Assembly: GCA_964016885.1 (NCBI GenBank)
Contig: OZ024741.1
Coordinates: 353,152,001 to 353,216,000, forward strand
Direction: 5' to 3'
Length of the DNA stretch: 64,000 bases
DNA from: Eledone cirrhosa
Lineage: Eukaryota
In this document: piece by piece, positions 13,493 to 25,911 of the stretch
How positions within the stretch are numbered: position 1 is the stretch's first letter
How the letters are laid out: the number at the start of each line of letters is the position of its first letter
Position numbers and translations under genes: made by a program
Notes under the pieces: model-generated
The model's database searches: none
What the model was told of the DNA's origin: nothing
The model's input: only the letters and a program-made list of their open reading frames with translations

Positions 13493-13671
13493 ATTTATCT
13501 TGACTCTGTTTTCCTGTGATTTACATCGAAAACATTTTTGAATACATCTTCTCTTTTCATGATATTTGGATGACATTGAGTTGTTCATACGGATTGGACA
13601 CTACCGTATATTTTGGTAGATTTATCTACATGCTATATTGATATATAAATTGATATTAATATTATTGGGCA

Positions 13672-13777
13672 CCTACTGAAGAATTATAAGAGCCCACTTG
13701 AATAAGTATCTACATACATTGGTATAATTTCACTCAACTTGTTGAAATCTTATAATGAAACGAGACGTCCGTCTGGG
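13672..13777 (+). ncRNA. Hammerhead ribozyme with 74-nt expanded stem II
   Basis: CCUA-CUGAAGA-AUUAUAAGA..UCUUAUAAU-GAAA-CGAGACGUCCG-UC-UGGG; perfect 9-bp base of stem II. Confidence 0.65.
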
Positions 13778-13943
13778 AAGAGATATATTTGATATATCTC
13801 ATATGAAATGATACAGCCATTTTTCCACACAATACAATTAGTTAGCACCCCGAACGTTTAATTAGGAATATACTCAGGTATTTCCTAATGTTTGCTGAGT
13901 GAGTTGGAATTTGCCCGGAGTATCGCTATTAGCTTTCTCCGAT

Positions 13944-13974
<31 letters not shown>

Positions 13975-14021
13975 CGGATGGTAGCTAAGATGCCTCCATA
14001 GGCGGTATGCCGGTGGAGCAC

Positions 14022-14079
<58 letters not shown>

Positions 14080-14493
14080 TATGCATATATATATATATAT
14101 ACACACACACTCTCTCTCTCTCTCTCTGCTCGTTTGTCTTTTTAGGACTTAACGTCCAAACAAACGAAATTAATTGTATTAATGTTTGTATATTCTCTAT
14201 CTCTTCCACTTTCGTTCTTCACTTCTTGGTTAATCAGTATGTTGCGCCGCGCCGATAGCTCTTCTTATCGTAGCACGTCGGTTGGTAGCATTTCTATCAT
14301 ATTTATAAATAGTCGAAAGACTATCATCTTGTCCTTTGTCCATTTGTTACAGTCCCTTATGCACGAAAATCTGTTGTCTAGATATTAAAACAACGAAATA
14401 AAGTAGCTGTAGCGATCGGCAGATGAGTTGACACTGCCTGTGTTTCGTTCGTTTTTATGTCATCTTCGCCAATATACATACCCCCCCCCCCCC

Positions 14494-14524
<31 letters not shown>

Positions 14525-15089
14525 CATCATCACCATCATCATCATTATCATCATCATCGTTTAACGTCCGTCGTCCACGCTAGCATGGGTTAGATGGGTT
14601 TGTTCCACTTGAGGCAAGATTGGTCAGATGACCGTGTCTCGCGTGTGCAAAACTGTTTATGGCAGATATTCTACGGCTGGATGCCCTTCCTAACCCCAAC
14701 TACATTTACAGTGTGGACTGGGAGCCTTTTTACCATGTCTCCTACACGACCACTTTACAGTGTGGACTAGCTGCTTTTGGTCGTGTCACCTACATGACCA
14801 CTTTACAGTGGACGAAAGTGGGAGGATGGAGTAGGTGTATGGGTGGGTTGGGGTGGTGTGTATATTGAGTTAAGAGATGCCTACTGACTGTAGTTCTTAT
14901 GTAAGGGTAGGCGGGTCCTCTGTATTACTGCATAGATTCCATCAATTTTGATCACTGTGTGTAAGTGTATGATAAACATTAATGGATTGTACTTGTAATT
15001 TTCTAACTAGTCGTTTGTATGTATGTATGTATGTATGTATGTATGTATGTATGTATGTATGTGTGTGTATGTATGTATGTATGTATGTA

Positions 15090-16235
15090 TGTCATCATCC
15101 GGCGGCCTCAGCCGAAATGGACTCAACAATTGATCTCCACGTGGGTCTCTCGTTCATTGCCGTTGCCAAGTCCTGGATTTATATACCAGAACCTCTGGAG
15201 ATGACGTCGGGGTAGGAGAGCTTGCACTCCCTGTTATTAGTGACTGCTTGTGGTTTCCAAAGCACTAATGGGGACACAGCCTCTTAGGTGGCACGATGGC
15301 AGTGGCCAGAAAATCTTAAATTGTCATCCCTTGAATCGCAAGAATGTTTTGCAAATTTTGAAGGTGCCAGCTATCTCAATCATTTGTATGTATGTATGTT
15401 CTTCTGGTTTTATAATTTCAAAAATGTTTGCCAATAGAGAGAGAGTCGGTTTCTAACATAGACACAAGACTCTCTCATTGGAATTTACACAACATCAACT
15501 AGGTTGATATGTATGCATGTGTAGATATTGATGGTATTGTATGTGTGGATGTGTATATTTTGAGTTGTGTGTGCATGTGTATATGCTTAGTATCTGTACA
15601 TATGTATGTATGCATGTATGTATGTATGTCAGGTCACCAGTTGGTGCTACTGGTAACATGTATCCCAGTACAACCTGTCTCATGGTCGGGTCGATGGCGT
15701 CTAAACTGGCAACCCACCAAGGTTTCTTGGTGAAGAGGGTGACTTTGGACATCCTGCAGGACTAAAAACAAAACCTGTCAAAGGGCAAAGGAGCTCTTAA
15801 GAGTCAATGGCCATCCAAAATCAACGGGAGAGATGACCCCTTAGCCTTTGTCAAGGCAGAATTCTAGGAGAAGGAAAACTCTGATATAACACCTGCAACC
15901 CTGATGGTATCCAATGATGTTGACTTGTTCTTCTTTTTGGTAAATATCATCTTGGTTAAGAGAGTGGGACTGGCTTTGTGCAGTGCCTTTGCTCACTATA
16001 AAAGCTTCACGGCACAGGCATTGCTTTATATCTGGAGATCTCTCTGCACTTGTCGTCACACGGTACCATGGGCTCAGCACTATGTGTCAATATTTGTCAC
16101 AAGTGTAGTGTTTGTACCAGAGTTTTCAAGTCGCTGGCTGGACTAAAAAGTCACACTCGTTCAGCGCATTGGTAGGGGTTCTCCTACATTGATATAAAGC
16201 AGTGGCCGTACTCGAAAACGAGTTGGCAGCCACCA
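15090..16235. mobile_element. Cluster of RTE-like LINE end fragments and a SINE-tail fragment among (TATG)n
   Basis: RTE-type terminal sequences; 15385-15780 is homologous (inverted) to about 41985-42404, and part also matches 37270-37350. Confidence 0.5.
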
Positions 16236-16237
16236 TG

Positions 16238-16434
16238 TATGTATCAACTGGAAATTTTATAGGCTGACTTTAAAGGAGTGATGCTAGAGCTGTGAAATGT
16301 TGCACGCATTGATTTTAAGTCTTATTAATAACTTTTTGTTTCTTTCTAGTGAATATGTTGAAAAAATAAACCTCGTTTCGTCATTCCATGAGAGTATCTT
16401 GGTCAGCCTATGAATTTTTCAGTCGAGCCTCATA
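16238..16434. mobile_element. Tc1/mariner-type MITE
   Basis: Imperfect TIRs ..ACTGGAAATTTTATAGGCTGAC / GTCAGCCTATGAATTTTTCAGT.., with TA at the ends. Confidence 0.55.
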
Positions 16435-18477
16435 TGTATATCACATATATCTCTAACTGCATTGGCACAATTGTTAATGTTTTCGCATTTGTATCTTTTT
16501 TATTATTGTTTAATCAAAAGGAAGGCAAATGCCCATGACACCTTTCAGGACCTCTTAGTTTGGTTGGAAAAAGAGAGGGAAGTGTAACAAATGGGTGCTC
16601 TGAGGCACTACGTGTAATATACGCATGATAAACATTGCACCCTGTAAATAATATAAAACACAAATGCCAAGAGAGAAACAAGGAAAATACAACAACATCG
16701 GTATCTTTCACCAGCTGTACTCTGTAATAAATCATTGCAATTCCGTACAATTTAGGTTGTCTAGTGTGTCCAGAAGTTAGAAATGAACTAGTACAACAGT
16801 CTATATATAAATTTGAGCGTCCGTCCGTCACACAATGTGCGAGTGTGTTTGTGTGAATGTATGTGTGTAAAGGGAAGGGAGGAGATGGTGAAAAAACTAT
16901 AGCAAAACAGCTGCAGGTGTTCCATTTGTTACGCTGTGTGTGACTGTATGTGTATGTGCGTGTTTGTGTAAATGTATATATGTGTGTGTATGTGTTTGTG
17001 TGAATGTATGTCTGTGAGAGTGTCTGTGCTTGCATGTTTATATTTATATACTCATACATATAAATGTATGCATATGTACATACACAAACGCACACATATA
17101 AACATACGCGTCAGCGTGTTGAAAAAAATCCTAATATAGCAAACGTACGACAAATACATAAGGAAAAGTATTACAACTTGGGCAAACAATAGAGTAAATA
17201 ACAAAATAGGAATGAGTATAACAACAAGGCCTACGACAGGGATGAAACAAATATAGGAAAGTTTCACAACCAAATTAGTTGACAGGAAAATTACAAAATG
17301 TGTACTGCGTGGCGCTACATGTAATGTAAAAAAGGGCCTTAACTTCTGAGGGCGTTTGAGTCGGCGTGTTTTGAGCATCTTAAACCTGGCAGATCATCCT
17401 TTTCCAAGATATACACAGCTAATTTCTACCAGAGAGAGAGATAGGGAGAGGGGGGGGGGAGAGAAAGCGAGAGAGACAGAGAGAGGGGGAAGTGTGAGAT
17501 TAATAAAGTAAAAAACAAGACAGAAAGAGTGATAAACAAAGAAATAATGAGAGAGAGAGAGAGAGAGAGAGAGTGAGAGTGGGGAGAAAAAAGGGAGGAA
17601 TCGATTTTACTACTGGACCAGGACTTTATTTATCGAGTTAAGAATCATGAAAGGCAAATTTGATTTGGGCGACATTTGAACTGAAAACATAATGAGCCGG
17701 GGCAGATACCAAGGAATTTAACAGCTCTGCCAATTCACCGCCTTCACTTGTAATATACATATGGAAAACAATTACACACAGGAAAAGGAAAAAATATAGA
17801 GTTCAAACGGGGAACGTAATTTCATTGTCGACTGTCATTCTTGCTGAGATAGTAAGGCTTTTCTATATGTACTTTTACCTCAGTCACATATGTATGACAA
17901 AGTTCACATTCATTGTATGTATGTAAATGACGAAGTACCATTTTCAATTTCACATATTGACAGAACAGAGAGAGAAACTGGAGCGAACGAACTAAAATAG
18001 ATTCCGTCTGCAGCATAGCAGATTGCATTGGATTCCATTGTAAACATTTATGTAAAGCTTAATGTAAAATGACCAACATTGCACCGATTATATCTGCTGG
18101 ATTTATTTAAAGACGATTATCTCACTCGCCAATCTCTAGTTTTCTCTTCATGCGTGCTTGTACGTACATATCATAGTTACACACATACACATACTGGTTA
18201 TGCACACAAACAGACACTTATGGACATATACACATTCACACATACACACATGGTAATATATAGAATACATCTATGCTTAAGTACACATGCATATATTTAT
18301 GTATATGTATAGGCACACACACACACATGTATATATATAAATATATATAATACATATGCATATGTATGTGTAGGTGGGTGTGCATGTGTGTATGTGTATG
18401 CGCGTAAGCATGTATGTGTGTGTGTACATATGTATATATATCGACATCTATGAATAGGACTAGCGTCCGAAACGCAC

Positions 18478-18650
18478 TTTATCGAGTAACGTTACTCCAA
18501 AGACCCTTCAGAGGAATCCCATTTCGGCCGCTTGTATTCGCGATCATATTCTTTCGGTCATTACCCAAGATTCATGACCTGACCATAAGTAAGGGTTGGC
18601 ACAAAAACCGAATTGAAGATAGCGAGTTTCGCTTTTACGCCTATCTCCTT
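18478..18650 (-). mobile_element. RTE-type LINE RT C-terminal fragment
   Basis: Minus-strand translation resembles LTYGHESWVMTERI.SRIQAAEMGFL..VFGVTLLDKV; matches 28590-28680 and 45520-45650. Confidence 0.7.
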
Positions 18651-18664
18651 TAACAATTTATAAT

Positions 18665-18851
18665 AATTGTTTCTACTATTGGCACAAGGCCAGCCATAAC
18701 CCAGTACATTACTGGTACTTTATTTTATCGACCCCGTAAGGATGAAAGGCAAAGTTAACCTCGGCGGGATTTGAACTCAGAATGGCAACGGCCGTAACTC
18801 TATGCGTCAAAGAATGGCGTCCGACCCACTACCGATACTGCCAAGTCACCT
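18665..18851 (-). mobile_element. tRNA-derived MetaSINE-like copy
   Basis: Same core and B box as 6771-6984; further copies at about 5820-5915, 10780-10910, 11320-11420, 17598-17743, 22350-22470, 28877-28997(+), 36340-36445(+) and 58958-59112. Confidence 0.8.
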
Positions 18852-19044
18852 TTATAATAATATCCATCAATCCAGCCATGGACCTGTAACTTCTTCCAAC
18901 AATATTGACACGCATTCTCTTTTCCATAACTGCTTATTTTTGAAACTCGACCAAATTACATTTTTCTATCCAGCAGTAGTTCGTTAATTCAATATGTATG
19001 CGCGCGTGTATATGTATATTTGAAGTGCGTGTGTGCATATGCGT

Positions 19045-19360
19045 GCGTGTGTGCGTGTGCGTGTGTGTGCGTGTATATGTCTGTTCATGTCAATGCCAGT
19101 GTATGTATTCATGCGTGTGTGCGTGTGTGTGTGCGTGTATATGTCTGTTCATGTCAATGCCAGTGTATGTATTCATGCGTGTGTGCGTGTGTGTGTGCGT
19201 GTATATGTCTGTTCATATCAATGCCAGTGTATGTATTCATGCGTGTGTGCGTGTGTGTGTGCGTGTATATGTCTGTTCATATCAATGCCAGTGTATGTAT
19301 TCATGCGTGTGTGCGTGTGTGTGTGCGTGTATATGTCTGTTCATGTCAATGTATTCATGT
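19045..19360. repeat. 64-bp minisatellite, about 4.5 copies
   Basis: CTGTTCAT recurs at 19081, 19145, 19209, 19273 and 19337. Confidence 0.9.
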
Positions 19361-19649
19361 GTATGTGTGTGCGTATGCGACGAGCGTATGCAAGTATGTA
19401 TGTGTGTATATGCCTGTGTGTAAGCGTGTATGTGTGTGTGAATATGTATATATGTGCGTGTGTTTGTGTGTGCTTGTGTAAGTCTGAGTATGTGTGTGTG
19501 TCCTTGAAAGTGTGAGTGTGTGCGTGTGCCTATGTAAGTGCGTGTGTGTGTGTGCGTGCGTATGTCTGTCTGGGTCTGTGTGAATGTGTCTGTGTAAGTG
19601 TGAGTGTATGTGAATATGTTGGTGTAAGTGAGAGTGTGTGCGCGTGTTT

Positions 19650-21150
19650 CTGGGTAAGTGTGTTTGTGTGCTGTGCGTGTCTGTGAAAGTGTGAATGTGT
19701 GTGCGTGTGTCTGTGTAAGTGTGAGTGTGTGTGCGTGCGTGTGTGTAAGTGTGAGTGTGTATAAGTGTGTATGTGTACATGTGTGTGCGTGTGTGTGTAT
19801 CTGTATAAGTGTGAGTGTGTGTGCATGTCTGTGTAGTGTGAGTGTGCACGCGTGTGTCTGTTTAAGTGTGAGTGTGTGTGTGTGTGTGTCTATCTGTGAA
19901 AGTGTGAGTGTGCGTGTGTATGTGTGTCTGTGAAAGTGTGAGTGTGTGTGCGTGTTTGTGTAAGGGTGAGTGTGTGTGCGTATATCTGTGTAAGCGTATG
20001 TGTGTGTGCGTGTATCTGTGAAAGTGAGTGTGAGTGTGTGTGCATGTGTCTGTGTAAGTGTGAGTGTGTGCGAGTATGTCTGTGTGAGTGTGTGTGCGTA
20101 TGTCTGTGTAAGTGTGAGTGTGTGTGCGTATGTCTGTGTGAGTGTGTGTGCGTATGTCTGTGTAAGTGTGAGTGTGTGTGCGTATGTCTGTGTAAGTGTG
20201 AGTGTGTGTGCGTATGTCTGTGTGAGTGTGTGTGCGTATGTCTGTGTAAGTATGAGTGTGCACGCGTGTGTCTGTGTAAGTGTGAGTGTGTGCGCAATGT
20301 CTGTGTAAGTGTGAGTGTGTGCGCGTATGTCTGTGTGAGTGTGTGTGCGTATGTCTGTGTAAGTGTGAGTGTGTGTGCGTATGTCTGTGTAAGTGTGAGT
20401 GTGTGTGCGTATGTCTGTGTAAGTGTGAGTGTGTGTGCGTATGTCTGTGTGAGTGTGTGTGCGTATGTCTGTGTAAGTATGAGTGTGCACGCGTGTGTCT
20501 GTGTAAGCGTGAGTGTGTGCGCAATGTCTGTGTAAGTGTGAGTGTGTGCGCGTATGTCTGTGTGAGTGTGTGTGCGTATGTCTGTGTAAGTGTGAGTGTG
20601 TGTGCGTATGTCTGTGTAAGTGTGAGTGTCTGTGCGTATGTCTGTGTGAGTGTGTGTGCGTATGTCTGTGTAAGTATGAGTGTGCACGCGTGTGTCTGTG
20701 TAAGTGTGAGTGTGTGCGCAATGTCTGTGTAAGTGTGAGTGTGTGCGCGTATGTCTGTGTGAGTGTGTGTGCGTATGTCTGTGTAAGTGTGAGTGTGTGT
20801 GCGTATGTCTGTGTGAGTGTGTGTGCGTATATCTGTGTAAGTGTGAGTGTGTGTGCGTATGTCTGTGTGAATATGTGTGCGTATGTCTGTGTAAGTGTGA
20901 GTGTGTGTGCGTATGTCTGTGAGTGTGTGTGCGTATGTCTGTGTAAGTATGAGTGTGCACGCGTGTGTCTGTGTAAGTGTGAGTGTGTGCGCGTGTGTAT
21001 GTGTAAGTGTGAGTGTGTGTGCGTGTGTCTGTGTAAGTGTGAGTGTGTGCATGTATGTCTGTGTGTGCGTATGTCTGTGTAAGTGTGAGAGTGTGTGCGT
21101 GTGTATCTGTGTAAGTATGATTGTGTGCGTGTGTGTCTATGTAAGTGTTG
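19650..21150. repeat. GT-derived 24/30-bp minisatellite with higher-order units
   Basis: Unit GTATGTCTGTGTAAGTGTGAGTGTGTGTGC; variant TATGAGTGTGCACGCG at 20251, 20478, 20675 and 20948. Confidence 0.9.
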
Positions 21151-21656
21151 GTGTGTCTGTGCGCATGTCTGTGGACTGTGTAAGTGTAAATGTAAAGATT
21201 AGAAGTATCAAGAAAAGTAACATGTTGGTGTTGATGTCGAAAATAAAGAAGAAAATTGAAAGAAAATCAGAAAAAGACATCCAAGAGAAGATATTCCCTG
21301 TCGAATCAGGACCATGGCAAATGTACAATGTCCTCACATTATCTTCAGAGTTTAAACACCAGCTCTGCACAAATAAACATCTAGATAGACAAATAGACAT
21401 GAAGAGAAAACAAAGAATACACCACTAACAACATCTACCACAATTACTGTAAGCATTATCATCTCTAGTTCGAGTTGATTAAGTCATGCTAAAGTAATGA
21501 GAATTTATATTAACAGAGTTGTACAAACATGAAAACAAAAAGTATTGACTGTTTAAACATTCACACACATTTTCATCCACATATGCATGTGTATATACAT
21601 ATGTGTGAATCTATATCTAAATGTGAGTATGTATATGTTTATAATACATACATTGT

Positions 21657-21695
<39 letters not shown>

Positions 21696-21718
21696 ACACA
21701 CACACACACACATATATA

Positions 21719-21885
21719 TAGGAAACGAGTCAGGACCCCGACGGCTGAGCTCCAGCCATTTCGACAGCTAGATCCGAACAGCCGTGGGTGTCCTGATTCT
21801 TTCCCTTTTACCCACTCTACTACCCTAAGTATCGAATACTCTAGTGAGTTATGGTCTACCTCATTTCTTACCACACCTTCTTTGT

Positions 21886-21886
<1 letters not shown>
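21719..21886 (+). mobile_element. Hairpin+tail element in (TA)n (family F)
   Basis: Inverted arms about 21719-21747 and 21779-21804; tail homologous to 63431-63507 (reverse complement). Confidence 0.7.
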
Positions 21887-21941
<55 letters not shown>

Positions 21942-21942
21942 T

Positions 21943-22139
21943 CTGAAGACGGCATATATATGTGTTGGTATGTATATTAAATTTGATAGTTTGTATAATT
22001 TTGTATAATTTTGTACATAGATCTGTTGAATATGCATGCCAATTCTAACACATATATGTCCTAGAAACGATCGTTAAATAATGAACTTTTTTTGTTTAAT
22101 ATAAGGAACTGTTTCATTGTTTTATTCATTATTTTTTAA

Positions 22140-22145
<6 letters not shown>
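21943..22145 (+). mobile_element. Family H 3' end starting at the hammerhead core (114-nt stem II)
   Basis: CUGAAGA..GAAA-CGAUCG-UU-AAAU; downstream AATATAAGGAACTGTTTC shared with 13448-13470; inserted in (TA)n. Confidence 0.7.
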
Positions 22146-22190
<45 letters not shown>

Positions 22191-22583
22191 GAGGGCCCAT
22201 AACTCTTGATGGAATCATGATGCGCTATCATGATAAAAGGTATGCCTTAGGCATTTAAAACCTGATGCGGCCCATACTACTCTAGGTTTGAATACGAACC
22301 GATATTCAGAGATACGGAAAAAGTGAGAGAGAAAAAAATCTGTGATATAGATACTGGTACTTTATTTATCGAACCTGAAAATATAATGGGGAAATTTTAC
22401 CTTAGTAGCATTTGAACTGAAAATGTATACGAGCAGAAGAGATACTGCACGACTGCGCCAATTCGCTAGCTACAAACACACACACACATGGACACACACA
22501 CTCACACACACTCACATATATTTATATATCTATATATATATACATATATGTGCTTATATATACATATATATTTATATATAAGC

Positions 22584-22740
<157 letters not shown>

Positions 22741-22760
22741 CTTATATATATATTTGAGTG

Positions 22761-22803
<43 letters not shown>

Positions 22804-24034
22804 TTGCAAGAACACATATGTCCATACATATATCTAAGCAAATATATATTCATAACTACATCAACGATGTGTACAAATGCTTCTCTCCTCTCTACAGTAA
22901 CCTCGAGCCAAACCTCACAAACCATATACTCTCATCGTCCACAACCACCCATTCACCGTTGACACACCACCCCACATATCTGGTCTTCACTCAAGAAGAA
23001 ATTGGCAGCGTTTGACTGTAATCTTGGCATGCTGTTACTTTGTTGTTCTTCTGAAGCAAAGTGGAAGGAATGAAAAGGAGGTAACGTTGATTAGTCCATG
23101 TAATTTTGAACGAGAGTGGACGGGAAGGAACAATAAACAGTTTTGGTACATTGTCAGATAAATTGTATGAAACGTGTGTATCGCATCATTACATAGACAC
23201 AAACATTTTTAACATGCCTTCAGAAATTTGACTAGCATGTTGCTTGCAAGTACACGTTCATATTAGCAGAGTCGTTAGGATGTCGGATAGAAAGCTTTGC
23301 GGTATTCATTTCAAAGTTGGAACGATTACTGCTGAGGTCAGCTTTGTCTTTCCTCCTTTCGATGTCAATATAAGAAATACCAGTTTAATACTGAAGATAA
23401 TGTTTCTTCTTTACCTTTCTCTTACTATCGCTTTTTTTTTCAGAAAAAAATTTGGCTGTGTTCAGACCTTGAGAGAGGATAGGCTCTGCCAAGTTTAAAA
23501 TGGCTAATTCAAGTCAGCGTACCGTTGTAACAAGTATGGCCCTTTGAATTACAGGGACAGTCCTTCGACGGGTTTCCAGACAATTTTCGTCAATTAAATG
23601 TTGCTGATGACCCTTGATTTAAATAGCACACAGAACGATCGAAACCCAGAACCTAATGATTGTTAAGCGAACTTCTTAAACATTCAAACATTTGGATATA
23701 TCAGCTACCAAAGAGCATATCGTTAGTCTCACCCTCACCACGAAAAACATTTAAAAATACACCCAAAACGTCATCTTCTTCAGTAATAGAGAGAGAAAAA
23801 TTAGTAACAACAAAGAACATCCCCTGTTTAGCTGATTTTCTCGAATAAAATATAAAACCCTAGATAACAACTGATTTATTTATTGATTGTTGTATTCTTA
23901 TGTAGTAAAAGAAGATGAAAAAATTTGTTAAAAAATTGCAAAGATGGTTATTAATTAAAGAAGAGCAAAATACAGATGCAATATTTTCTGATCATAGCTT
24001 CAGCTGCTTGTTTCAGTTTAATTGTGTGTTTGTG

Positions 24035-24110
<76 letters not shown>

Positions 24111-24130
24111 GTGTGTGTGTGTGTATACAT

Positions 24131-24188
<58 letters not shown>

Positions 24189-24529
24189 GTGTGTGTGTGT
24201 ATACATACACATATATATATATATATATATGTGTGTGTGGATGTGTGTGTGTATATATGTATATATATAAATATATATGTATATGTATGTATGTATGTAT
24301 GTATGCATATATGTATGCATATATGTATGTGTATGTATGTATGTATATATGTGTGTGTGTTTGTGTGCGTGTGATTATAATTCAGCAATAGACATTGGCC
24401 AGCTTAAGATAAAGCAAATTAAGTGAAGGTAGCAAGTGCTGTCTTTGATATTGTAGATCAAATTAAAACATATTATAACACACGCACATATATACACACA
24501 GACAGATAATAAAAATAAACAGTAATAGA

Positions 24530-24718
24530 ACTCCTTCTCCTCCTTCTCCTCCCCTCCTCCTCCTCCCCCTCCTCCTCATCATCATCAACATTATCATCAT
24601 CATCATCATCATCATCATTACCATCATCATGATCATCATGATCATCATCATCGTCATCATCGTCATCATCATCATCATCGTCATCATCGTCATCATTATC
24701 ATCATTACCACCACCACC

Positions 24719-24750
<32 letters not shown>

Positions 24751-25235
24751 TATCATCATCATCATCATCAGCTGCAGCAGCATCAACAACCTCATTTCAC
24801 CAATACCGTCACTACAACCACCATCACCCCACCACCACCCCACCACCACCCCCCCACCACCCCACAACCACTATCATCACAATCATTACCACTGTCTCCA
24901 TTATCATCTACGTCCCTACCACCATCATCATCATCAGCATGGTCATCATCGATGCCACCGCCCTCACCTCCATCACCACCAACATTGCCACCACCATCAC
25001 TATCGCCACTACGACCGTCAGCAACATCATCGATTTTATCACCGCAACCACAGCCACCACCACCGCAACCACCACCACCACCACCGCAACCACCACCACC
25101 AACACAACCATCACCACCACCACCATCACCACCACTACCAGTACCGCAACCACCACCACCACCACCACCACAACCACCACCACAACCACCACCACCACCA
25201 CCACCACCACCACCACCAATTCCACTACAGTCATC
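24530..25235. repeat. (CAT)n/(CAC)n microsatellite
   Basis: Direct reading. Confidence 0.9.
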
Positions 25236-25375
25236 AACATTATAATAAATAATTACACGTCTTTTTTTTCTGAAGGGGAAGGAAATAATCGAACTAAAGA
25301 TATTTCTAATTTGCCTTTGGCGTAATTGCAATTCAAGCCGAAGGAAATTCGGAAAACAACGCCCCCCACCACCAA

Positions 25376-25452
<77 letters not shown>

Positions 25453-25594
25453 TATTTACATGTTTGTGTGTATGATTTTGTATGTATTTATATATGTATG
25501 CACACACACACATACACACACACATATATATATGTGTGTGTATCTATATATACATATATATATATATGTATATGTATATATATATATAAATATA

Positions 25595-25628
<34 letters not shown>

Positions 25629-25911
25629 CACATACATATATACATATATATATGTGTGTGTATGTGTTCCTGTTTACATGTGAATAAACACATGCATATA
25701 TATATATGTTGATGAGTGTATATATATGTGCATGTGCATATGCTTTTATATAATTGCCACTGTAAAATGACCAAAGGGCTGATGTTTAGAACTGCTCGTA
25801 GAATAAATTCTAGAATAACTGCTATTAATTTATTGTTGGTTTCCATAAGCTACAAACAAGACTTTGTAATTGAGAAGTGTCAACTATTACAAGTGAACAA
25901 TTTATAGAAAA

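Noticed and set aside
19045-21150. CRISPR-like periodic array
   Set aside because: No unique spacers, no cas genes, eukaryotic context
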